A DNA stretch of 63,562 nucleotides, the filler included, from Pelomyxa schiedti (taxonomy: Eukaryota > Protista > Evosea): assembly GCA_020536535.1 (NCBI GenBank). It is 3 parts of 3 records of this genome, joined end to end, with 100 filler letters (N's around TTAATTAATTAA, not from the genome) between each part and the next. Parts side by side here need not be neighbours in the genome. Positions count along the whole stretch, not along the records: positions 1 to 26,594 come from JAHLWZ010000695.1; 2 more parts are not named here. One strand, given 5' to 3'. Below, piece by piece: positions 1-10,622 of the stretch. The notes beneath the pieces are model-generated. The model was not told where the DNA came from and made no database searches. It saw only the letters and a list, made by a program, of their open reading frames with translations. The number at the start of each line of letters is the position of its first letter. Position 1 is the stretch's first letter. The translations under genes were made by a program, and so were the position numbers.

Positions 1-2232
1 GTGATGTGCCCCGTCACCTCGTTCGTGTTGTTGGTGGTGGTCGCGGTGCCCGTTGTTGTTGCGGGTCGGGAATTTGTGAACACGATCTCGGCACATGTCA
101 TCAACACTTTGTCAATCGCCGCGAATGACGGCCGGTCGATCTCTGCGTGTTTGTGTTCGTGTGGAGTCAGTGACTGCGGAATGCGGAAAGAAAAACAAAC
201 CGAGGATGGAGAGGCAGGACTCGACAACGAGAGAGAACAGACCAACGCACGCGCGGGGCACGTTGTTGTTGTTCATCTTGGGATCACATCGCAACGCGGA
301 GATGATTGCGATCCTACGGCCGAGGCACTCAGCAACGGGAATGTCGCCAACGTCATCGCAAAGCCGGTCAACTTCTGTGTGTGAGTCAGAGAGAGGCCAG
401 GTTTTTGTATTGTTGACAAGCAAACCGGCAATTTCCGGAGGTGAGAGCGATGCTCTCTGGAGCCTCATAAATTCTGTCACTTGGGCACTGGACTTGGGCG
501 TGTTTACCGATGGTACTTCGCGTTGAAGAAGTTCACTCAACAAGACTGAAAACTCCCACATGTCTCCTTTTTTTTTTTAATTATATGTGTATGGTGCGGA
601 ATTAATGTTGAGTGATGTTAATATTAACACCATCCACACACCTTGAATTCTGTAGTGCCCGGTGTGCATCTGTGGTGGCAAGTAAATCGGTGTTCCAGCT
701 CCATTTGTAAAACTCCCAGTGGGAGCTGGTTTACTCCAACCACAGCCGATTTGGTTCTGGATGGGCCTCGACACTCCTTCATTTTCAGTTATTTTGAGTT
801 ACATATGTGTGCCGTTGTGGAAAGTACCAAAGTCAGTGATTTTTGGAGTTCCATGAGAATCCAAGAGAACATTGTTGCTGCTCAGGTCCCGGTGCATGAT
901 ATTCCTCCTGTGTTTTGGGTTGAATTTTTTTTTTTTTGGGAAAAGTTAATTGGTGGTTATTTAAAAGAGTGCAAAAGAAGAAACAGAAATTGAAACCTGT
1001 GAAGTGCGGACATTCCTTTCGCAATTCCTGATGAAACTGCCACAACTTCCTTGAAGGTCAAATCTTTCTAATTGTGTGGAATATGTCACATTTACATTTT
1101 GAGTGAGACCAACAAAAATAAAAAAAATAAAAGCGGGTGGAGAAAGAGGGAGCAAAAAAACAAACATGATGAAGGAGCTGCCTGAGGCTCAATTCCATGA
1201 GTTCAGACACGATCCATAGTGACCCCGTGCTCGTGATGCACGTTCCAAGGCATCTCACAACGTTTGGGTGCCTCAACCTTGATGAAATCTGTGGGGGTGC
1301 GTGTTGGTGAGTTGATGAACGAATTTGTTTTCAAACACAGCATCAGAGAGAAACTCTCTCACTCACCAGAGCTTCCTGCTGAAATCGTGTGATGTTGGAC
1401 TCTGATTTGATAATTTCGTGAAGTGCTTTCACTGCCACGAATGAAGTTCTTTCTGATGATGATGAGGAAGAAGTAGCCGCATTGTGAAGGAAGGAACACT
1501 TGAAAACGGTTCCATACGATCCAACTCCAAGTGTGGAAACAACTTTCAGGTCTTTCTCTTGTATTGTGGTGGTTGATTTGATTCGAACCTTGATGTGAAC
1601 AACATTTGTGTTGCTGTTGTTGTCTTGTTGTTGCTGTTGAATATCCTCCAAGGTTCTGGATGAATCGGTCAACAGTTCCTCAGAGTTGTTGTTTTCTGGA
1701 TCAGCAGTGCAAATGACTTGTTGAGTTGGTTCAACTCCGAACTTCCGTGAGATGATGATCTTCACCGCCTGCGTTCGTTTGTTTGTTTCCCACACAGAAA
1801 CCAGTGAGTAAAATGAAAAAATACAGGAAACGGGGGAACTTCAAGGTAGGAACCCAGTCGCATACCATTTGAAGAGGACAGAAGGCACACACAATTTCAT
1901 CAAAAGAGGGAAGATCCTCAAAATCAATCCTGATTTGGGATCGCTTGCAGCAGTTATTGTTGTTGTCGTCATAGTTTTCAGAAAGAATGTTGCACCACGT
2001 TCCGCCTTCTCCTTGTTCAACATGTGAAATCACGTGATTCGTGTCTGTATTGCAAAAGAAGAGTGTGGCATTGTGTTATAATGTTGTCGTTTGAGAAAGC
2101 GGGATGTTGTCCCCACACATACAGTGCCGGAGATCACGAAATCTTTGTTTGTTGTCAGTTTCTCTTTCTTCATAGAATTGTTTCATTTCTTGAAATCTTT
2201 GTTTATCAACTTCTCTGCTTTTTCTTTCATCA
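1..2232 (-). CDS. Coiled-coil/ubiquitin-like/TKL protein kinase, family copy 1 (multi-exon; 5' end lost in the N gap, 3' end runs off the window)
   Basis: Exons encode GVGSYGTV, VAVK, HPNVVRCLG, MHRDLSSNN, KITDFG and GTPIYLPPQ, separated by GT-AG introns. Near-identical to 5492-7740. Confidence 0.85.
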
Positions 2233-2332
2233 NNNNNNNNNNNNNNNNNNNNNNNNNNNNNNNNNNNNNNNNNNNNNNNNNNNNNNNNNNNNNNNNNNNN
2301 NNNNNNNNNNNNNNNNNNNNNNNNNNNNNNNN

Positions 2333-5103
2333 ATGATGGTGACCACCAGGGAAAGAGGCAACGAGGTTGGCCAGGCACGTTGTGATGTGCGTGGCCACGT
2401 CGTCGTCCGTGCCCGTGTTCGGGGTGGTGTTGATTGCACGACAATCCGTGAAGGCGATCTCGGCACATGTCATCAGCATGTGCTCAATGACCGGGAATGA
2501 CGGCCGGTTGCTCTCTGTTGGAGAGGAGAGAGATTGAGTGTGAGAATGGGTGGGATTCAATCTGCGTGGTGTGCACTTTGTGTGGGTGTGTGCGTGGTGC
2601 AATGTGGGTGGAGTTTTTTTTTTTTTGCCTGGAGAGAGGGCCAAAAACAAACCAAGGATTGAGAGGCAGGACTCAACAACGAGAGAGAACTGGCCAACGC
2701 ACACGCGGTTGACGTTGTTCATCTTGGGCTCAGATCGCAACGCGGAAATGATTGCGATCCTCCGGCTGAGACACTCCGCAACGGGAAAGTCTCCGGCTTC
2801 AGGATCACGACAAATCCGATCCAACTCTGTGTGGGGAGTCAGAGAGAGAGAGAGAGATTGGTACAACGAAACCGGCAACTTCAGGAGGTGACAGTGAAGC
2901 TCTCTGTGCCATCAGGAACTCGTGAACCTGAATGGCAGCCCTTGGGACCGCGGCCGCTGGAGCGGTGCCTTGAAGAAGTTCACTCAACAAAACCGCAAAC
3001 TCCCACATGTCTCCTGGGATAGTAAGTGTCAGAATATGCCAACATAATTTACATTCCAGTTTCCAATCCAACCTTTAATGCCATAGTGCTGAGTGTGCAT
3101 CTGTGGAGACAGGTAAATCGGTGTGCCGGCCCCTTTGGTGAAAGTGCCACGAGGACCACATCCTCCTGCAAGAGCTCTTGACATGCCTTCAGTTCATCAT
3201 TAGAGGATGGAATGGTTGGTTGGGTGTCTGACGGATAATACAAACCGAAATCAGCAACTTTGGGAGTTCCACACGAATCCAGGAGCACATTGTTGCTGCT
3301 CAGATCTCTGTGCATGTAATTCCTCCTGCATGTTGTGGTTGTTGTGGCACAACAACATAAGCTCAAAAACCAAGTAAAGATCAATAAACAAACACAATCA
3401 CGAACATGTGAAGTGCAGTCATTCCTTTGGCAATTCCTGATGAGACTGCCACAACATCCACAAATGTCAGACTTTTCTGGATTGCGTGTGTGTGCAGTGT
3501 GAGAAAATAGTGGGGCTGTGGGCAAACAAGCATGATGAAGGAGCTGCCTGAGGCTCAATTCCATGAGTTCAGAAACTATCCATAGTGACCCTGTGCTCGT
3601 GGTGCACGTTCCAAGGCATCTCACAATGTTTGGGTGCCGCAAACTTGATGAGAGCTGTTTGTGGTAGGTTATGGTGAGCTTGAGTGAAAGATATTTTTGA
3701 AATGTGTGTGGGTATGTAGCACACACCAGAGCTTCTTTCTGAAATTGTGTGATGTTGAACTCGGATTGTATGCTTTCATGAAGTGATTTCACTGCCACAA
3801 ATGTTGTTGTGGTTTCTGATGACGTTGCAAAGGTAGTTGGTGCTGTGTTGTTGCGAAGGAAGAAGGAGCACTTGAAAACGGTTCCGTACGATCCAACTCC
3901 AAGGGTGGAAACAACTTTCAAGTCTTTCTCTTGAATTGTCATGCTTGATTTGATTCGCACTTGGAGGGACACAACTCTGTTTGTGCTGCCGTTGACTTGT
4001 TGTTGTTGAATTTCTTCCAAGGTTCTGGATGGATCACTCAACAGTTCCTCCACTCCAGAGCTGTTATCTGAACCAACAATGAAAATGAGTTGTTGAGTTG
4101 GTTCAACTCCAAACTTCCTTGAGATGATAAGCTTCACAACCTGTGTATTTTGGTTGGTTTGGTGTGTTTTTTCCCCCCGAAAGCAGCCAGTGCGCAGCAA
4201 ATCACACAAACAACGAGAAATGGAACATGAAAATACCATTTGAAGAGGGCAGAGGCCGCACACAATTTCATTGAAAGAGGGGAGATCCTCAAACGCAATC
4301 TTGACTTGTGATCGCTTGCAGTTCTTGTTGTTGTTGCTGTTTTCAGGAAGAAGGAAGCTGCTCCACGGGCCTTCTCCCTGCTCAACATGTGACATCACGT
4401 GATTCGTGTCTGCATTGACAGTTAACATGTGCAAGGTTGGTTGGGAAAAGGGGGTGTTGTGGAAACAAACGGTGCTGCATATCATGAAGCCTTTGCTCGT
4501 CAGATTCTCTTTGGTCACAATAGATCTTCAGGTTCTTGGCAACTTCTTCCTCCAGTGTGGAGATCATTTCCATCAGCTCTTTTTTTTTTGGGGGAATAAG
4601 GTGGGGACAGAGAGAGAAGAAAGGAGGCTAAAACCCTTGTTCCTTGCATGCAGTTCCCTGACTTCTTCTTTTTGAAAACACAAAGTGTTGGCGTCCACAC
4701 GTGGGCACTCAAGCAACGCCACCACAACACCAATGTGGTGATAAACACAGGTGGTGACCAGTGGGCACCCCTTGTTCACATCCACATCGGGTCTCTCCAC
4801 CAGCATCCTCACCACTGCCTCGTTGCCCCCACAAGCAGCGACGCACAGTGGCGTGTCACCATCCCTGTCGGTTTTGTTCGGGTCGATCGGGGGGCTGCGT
4901 GATGCACCCACATCAAGGAGCTGCCAAACAAGCGACTCGTGCCCGTAAGAGCACGCAAAGTGGAGCATGGTCCAACCGTGACCATCGATGGGGGTGTTGA
5001 TGTCCCACGTGGGCGACGGCAGCTCGGGCATGACGCCGCTCCGGCACGCAACACGCATGGCCTCGTACTGCTGATCCTCCGACAGTGCTGTTGTCATCGC
5101 CAT
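2333..5103 (-). CDS. Ankyrin/coiled-coil/ubiquitin-like/TKL kinase, family copy 2 (3' end in gap)
   Basis: Ankyrin repeats (GWTMLHFAC, GDTPLCVAA) at 4690-5103, a UBL-like segment VVKLIISRKFGVEPTQQLIF, and kinase motifs GVGSYG, VAVK, HRDLSSNN, KVADFG. Confidence 0.85.
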
Positions 5104-5221
5104 GATGGGTGTTTGTTGGTATTGATCGGGGGAATGTGAGGGCCCTCACAACCCTGAAAATTAACTCGAAAAGGTGTCAATCTGTCAGGAGGAAGACGCG
5201 GCCGTTGTGGCTTCTGTGTGA

Positions 5222-8200
5222 TCAGCTTCTGTGGTCTGAGAACGATGCAGCGATGTTTGCGAGGCACCTGGTGATGTGCCCCGTCACCTCGTTCGTGTTG
5301 TTGGTGGTGGTCGCGGTGCCCGTTGTTGTTGCGGGTCGGGAATTTGTGAACACGATCTCGGCACATGTCATCAACACTTTGTCAATCGCCGNNNNNNNNN
5401 NNNNNNNNNNNNNNNNNNNNNNNNNNNNNNNNNNNNNNNNNNNNNNNNNNNNNNNNNNNNNNNNNNNNNNNNNNNNNNNNNNNNNNNNNNNGTGATGTGC
5501 CCCGTCACCTCGTTCGTGTTGTTGGTGGTGGTCGCGGTGCCCGTTGTTGTTGCGGGTCGGGAATTTGTGAACACGATCTCGGCACATGTCATCAACACTT
5601 TGTCAATCGCCGGGAATGACGGCCGGTCGATCTCTGCGTGTTTGTGTTTGTGTGGAGTCAGAGACTGCGGAATGCGGAAAGAAAAACGAACCGAGGATGG
5701 AGAGGCAGGACTCAACAACGAGAGAGAACAGACCCACGCACGCGCGGGGCACGTTGTTGTTGTTCATCTTGGGATCACATCGCAACGCGGAGATGATTGC
5801 GATCCTACGGCCGAGGCACTCAGCAACGGGAATGTCGCCAACGTCATCACAAAGCCAGTCGACTTCTGTGCGTTTTATGTGTGAGTCAGAGGGAGGCCAG
5901 GTTTTTGTATTGTTGACAAGCAAACCGGCAATTTCTGGAGGTGAGAGCGACGCTCTCTGGAGCCTCATAAATTCTGTCACTTGGGCACTGGACTTGGGCG
6001 TATTTACCGATGGTACTTCGCGTTGAAGAAGTTCACTCAACAAGACTGAAAACTCCCACATGTCTCCTTTTTTTTTTTTTAATTATATGTGCATGGTGCG
6101 GAATTAATGTTGAGTGATATAACATTAACATCCACATACCTTGAATTCTGTAGTGCCCGGTGTGCATCTGTGGTGGCAAGTAAATCGGTGTTCCAGCTCC
6201 ATTTGTAAAACTCCCAGTCGGAGCTGGTTTACTCCAACCACAGCCGATTTGGTTCTGGATGGCCCTCGACACTCCTTCATTTTCAGTTATTTTGAGTTAC
6301 ATATGTGTGCCGTTGTGGAAAGTACCAAAGTCAGTGATTTTTGGAGTTCCATGAGAATCCAAGAGAACATTGTTGCTGCTCAGGTCCCGGTGCATGATAT
6401 TCCTCCTGTGTTTTGGGTTGGATTTTTTTTTTTTTTTTATTGGGAAAAGTTAATTGGTGGTTATTTAAAAGAGTGCAAAAGAAGAAACAGAAATTGAAAC
6501 CTGTGAAGTGCGGACATTCCTTTCGCAATTCCTGATGAAACTGCAACAACTTCCATGAAGGTCAAATCTTTCTAATTGTGTGGAATATGTCACATTGACA
6601 TTTTGAGTGAGACCAACAAAAAAAAAATAAAAGCGGGAGGAGAAAGAGGGAGCAAAAAAACAAACATGATGAAGGAGTTGCCTGAGGCTCAATTCCATGA
6701 GTTCAGAGACGATCCAGAGTGACCCTGTGCTCGTGATGCACGTTCCAAGGCATCTCACAATGTTTGGGTGCCTCAACCTTGATGAAATCTGTGGGGGTGC
6801 GTGTTGGTGGGGTGGTGAGTTGATGAACGAATTTGTTTTCAAACACAGCATCATAGAGAGAAACTCTCTCACTCACCAGAGCTTCCTGCTGAAATCGTGT
6901 GATGTTGGACTCTGATTTGATAATTTCGTGAAGTGCTTTCACTGCCACGAATGAGGTTGTTTCTGATGATGATGAGGAAGAAGTAGCCGCATTGTGAAGG
7001 AAGGAACACTTGAAAACGGTTCCATACGATCCAACTCCAAGTGTGGAAACAACTTTCAGGTCTTTCTCTTGTATTGTGGTGGTTGATTTGATTCGAACCT
7101 TGATTTGAACAACATTTGTGTTGCTGTTGTTGTCTTGTTGTTGCTGTTGAATATCCTCCAAAGTTCTGGAGGAATCGGTCAACAGTTCCTCGGAGTTGTT
7201 GTTTTCTGGATCAGCAGTGAAAATGACTTGTTGAGTTGGTTCAACTCCGAACTTCCGTGAGATGATGATCTTCACCGCCTGCGTTCGGTTGTTTGTTTCC
7301 CACACAGAAACCAGTGAGTAAAATGAAAAAACACGGGAAACGGGGGAACTTCAAGGGAGGAACCCAGTCGCATACCATTTGAAGAGGACAGAAGGCACAC
7401 ACAATTTCATCAAAAGAGGGAAGATCCTCAAAATCAATCCTGATTTGTGATCGCTTGCAGCAGTTGTTGTTGTTGTCGTCGTAGTTTTCAGAAAGAATGT
7501 TGCACCACGTTCCGCCTTCTCCTTGTTCAACATGTGAAATCACGTGATTCGTATCTGTATTGCAAAGAAGAGTGTGGCATTGTGTTATAATGTTGTCGTT
7601 TGAGAAAGCTGGATGTTGTTCCCACACATACAGTGCCGGAGATCACGAAATCTTTGTTTGTTGTCAGTTTCTCTTTCTTCATAGAATTGTTTCATTTCTT
7701 GAAATCTTTGTTTATCAACTTCTCTGCTTTTTCTTTCATCATGGAGAAGATTCAAGTTCTTTACGTTTTCATCCTCCAATTGCGTGATTCGTGCCTTCAG
7801 TTCTGTGATCTCATCTTTTGAACACAAAGAGTGAGGTTCACAGTGTTTGAATTTGATTTGAAGAGGGGGGTTTCTCTCAACTTATCTGCTGCTTTGCTGT
7901 GATTTCCCCGGAGTCTCTTTCTTGTTTCTCAACGAAGTTATTGTTGATGATGTCACCACCTTCCTCAAGAGCTTTGCTGGTATTTGGTGTTGTTGCCGCA
8001 GTCGTTGTTGTTGGTTGTGGTGAGGTGGATGACAATGATGACGTATTGTCTGAAGCCGAGGGTGGTTGTGGTTGCTGTTCTTGTGGTGGTGTTTCAGGAG
8101 GGGAGAGTATCTGCGGAATTGTTGATGTGGCTGGACACATGGCTTGAAACAGTTTCTGAACTGCCTCATTTTTCCAGCAGCACTCAAGTGCTGTTTTTCC

Positions 8201-10173
8201 AGTCTTGTTCTGTGCCAACAGTAAAATTACATTACATATCATCGAACGGGGCAGAAAAGAACCTTGATATGAGTGTTAATTCCCACACAGGATAGAAGTT
8301 GTCTCACAATTACAACATTTCCTTTTCTGCAAGCAAGGTGAAGCGCGGTCTGAAAGAGATGAAAAAATTAAGTTTTGTGTCAAGAAATTAATACAGTAAA
8401 GAAACTGAAGGGGAACGTACATCACCCTTTCATTTGCAAGGAAAACCCCAGAAAAGAAATAAGAGGAAGACAATAACAACAAGAAAAAAACTCGTACTTC
8501 CTGAAAAAAAGTAAGAAACGAAGAACCAAGGTGGGAGCTCTTACAATCTACAAAATAGACATAAATCCCAAAAAAGTTAGAACAGAAAGCTGCAAGTATT
8601 TACTTACTCCCTTTTGAAAGGTATCGTAATGTTGTTGAATAAAAATAGGTGATAGAAATGAAATGATAAATTGTCCAGAGAATTTGAAGAAAGGAGAAAG
8701 TGAAGTAAGTACAAAGTTGATAGATCACGGAAATTGGGTTGGGATGGGTAGCTACACACTTCCTAAACACACCATGCAAGTAAGAATTGGTGAATCATGC
8801 AAATGGGGTTGGGGCAGTGGGGGGGGTGAGTTACACACAATCTAAGGACGCCACACAGAGCAAATCATGGAGTGAAATTGAGGCAAGTCAGAGAAATTGA
8901 ACAACGCAAAAGGGTGGGGGGCAGTAACACACATACTAACCAACAGAGTGAAGAAAGGAGAGAAGCAAGTAAGAAATTGTACAAAAAGAGTGAAGCGAGG
9001 AGTGAAATTGGAGCAAGTAAGAAACTGATAAAAAGCAATGCAAGAGGTGAGGATACACACATCCTAATTTCACGCCACACAGTGAGATTGAGGTGAGTCA
9101 GAGAAATGGGGGAAAAAGCAATAAAAGGGTTGGAAGTACAGTACATCCAGCTAATTAGGTGCGAAATTTAAACAAGTAAGAAACTGATGAGCAACGTGGA
9201 GGAATGGGGTGGGGGGTAACACACTCCCTGAGCAAAGCAAAAAAATTGAAACAAGTCAGAGAAGTCGATGAAGAAAATGATGAACAATGCGAAAAGGGGA
9301 AGAATTTGAGGAATCATGTATGACATGACACAGAGTGAAGCAAGTGTGAGTTTGAACAAGCATGCAAAAAGGGATTGGAGTACACACATTCTAAGCACGC
9401 CAGGGTGAATCAGGGATTGAAATTGATGCAAGGATAAAAATTGAAGCAAGTCAGCGATATTGATGAATAACACAAAAAAAGGGTTGGTCAATTACACACT
9501 TCCTAAATAAGCCACAGGGTGAAACAACGAGATAAATTGAACCAAGTCAGAGAATTGGTGAATAATGCAAAAAAGGGGATAGAGAAATGGCAGTACATAC
9601 AGGCACACCCTGGGGGAAAGGATTACAGTTTTAAGAGGTAAACATAATCAGGAAGGTATATTACACACCATCTGTGAAGTGAAGATACACACAAGTTAGT
9701 GAGTGAGGACTAATTCAAGATTAGAGGACAAAAATCAAAACAAACCTGGGCATTGACATCGATGTTCATTGACAACAAGAACTCAACACCCTTCTGGCTC
9801 TGTGCCCATGTAGCCACATGCAACGCTGTCTGTGTGTGCATGTGTGCAAAAACCGAAAAAAATACATTAGAAAATGCCCAAAAACCGAATTCCCTATTAA
9901 CTTTAAATTATGAACTCTTTCAAAAAAAAAAAAAAAAAGAATATATCGGAGCACTGGTTTCCCTTTCGCACGCGCACACACCAGTCTTTGATGTTTGTTG
10001 TTTATTGAGTTGAGGATGCCGGGGTCGCGATCCAGCAGCACCTGCAGTGACCCGACGTTGATGGCGGAGTATTCGGCCGCAGAGAACCACCGGCTGGGCC
10101 CAACCCGTGCCTGCTGGGGTCCCCTGTGCGGCGACGAAGTATTCGTTGTTGTTGTAGCTTGTGACTGCCCCAT
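5222..10173 (-). CDS. Ankyrin/coiled-coil/ubiquitin-like/TKL kinase, family copy 3, with MG start and microexon array
   Basis: Exon 1 10173-9982 (MGQSQA...HQRL). Exon 9829-9746 (TALHVATW...DVNAQ). Microexons between 9671 and 8421. Exon 8349-8263 (TALHLACRKG...THIK). Exon from 8209 (NKTGKTALEC...). Then coiled-coil, UBL and kinase exons to TGA at 5222-5224. All ankyrin-exon junctions are phase 0 GT-AG. Confidence 0.85.
8421..9671 (-). other. Array of 14 candidate phase-0 microexons inside an ankyrin beta-hairpin
   Basis: Minus-strand AG|exon|GT in transcript order: ATG 9671-9669; GGTGTGCCT 9609-9601; GAA 9502-9500; AAT 9390-9388; GGA 9227-9225; CTGGAT 9150-9145; GAT 9063-9061; TAT 8935-8933; ATT 8841-8839; GAA 8762-8760; GGA 8610-8608; ATT 8547-8545; GAA 8500-8498; GGTGAT 8426-8421. 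All lengths are multiples of 3, none contains a stop, and the spacers are pyrimidine-rich. Confidence 0.8.
8690..9600 (-). repeat. Degenerate tandem repeat of an intron+microexon unit (about 75-110 bp)
   Basis: Recurrent plus-strand motifs (a)aattga..caagt(c/a)agagaa..., tgcaaaaa..ggg and tacacac-NNN-ct. On the minus strand these read as donor GTGTGT, CCC-TTTTGCA tract, CTGAC/CTTAC branch-like motif and AG. Confidence 0.7.
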
Positions 10174-10622
10174 GGAGGTGTGGTGCAATGGAGATGAGTA
10201 TGTGGGAGCTAACACAATGTGATCATGAATGTGTGAGACCCCACTGGGTGGTGGGCCCACCCATCAAAGAACTCGAGCGTGCAGTCCTTTCTGTTGTCTT
10301 ACTGTCTGATCTTCACCCAGAGGAGTACTGATTGAGATCTCAAGTCTTTGGCCCTTTGGAGAAATCGATTTTTTTTTTTATTTCTTTTGAAGGGACACGT
10401 TGCGTTGGCACTTCGTCGTTGTTACCCCCACCCCCAGTCTTGACATCGGTACCACGTCCCATAATTGGCCACCGTTCTCTACTACTCAATCGCACAAACC
10501 CAACCAACCGACGCTTACTTGAACACGAAACATAATTATCGTTGTAAACAAGACCACGCACCATCTCACTCACATAAAGAAAAAAAACCCAAGGGAAAGT
10601 CTATATCAGTGGAACCACGGCA

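Noticed and set aside
3049-4518. 489-aa ORF as an intronless kinase
   Set aside because: It reads through several in-frame introns whose GT-AG boundaries match those of the paralogs.
5271-5612. Perfect ~120-bp direct repeats flanking 100-N gaps (also 54921-55041/55142-55262)
   Set aside because: Typical scaffolding overlap artefact, not a biological duplication.
8663-9491. Short six-frame ORFs (8663-8845, 8842-9060, 8865-9146, 8872-9096, 9168-9491)
   Set aside because: Low-complexity translations of pyrimidine-rich intron sequence or its complement.
8690-9600. Repeat-spacer appearance suggesting a CRISPR array or minisatellite
   Set aside because: The repeats are degenerate, variable in length and lie inside a eukaryotic gene with no cas genes. 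Intron+microexon cassettes explain them better.
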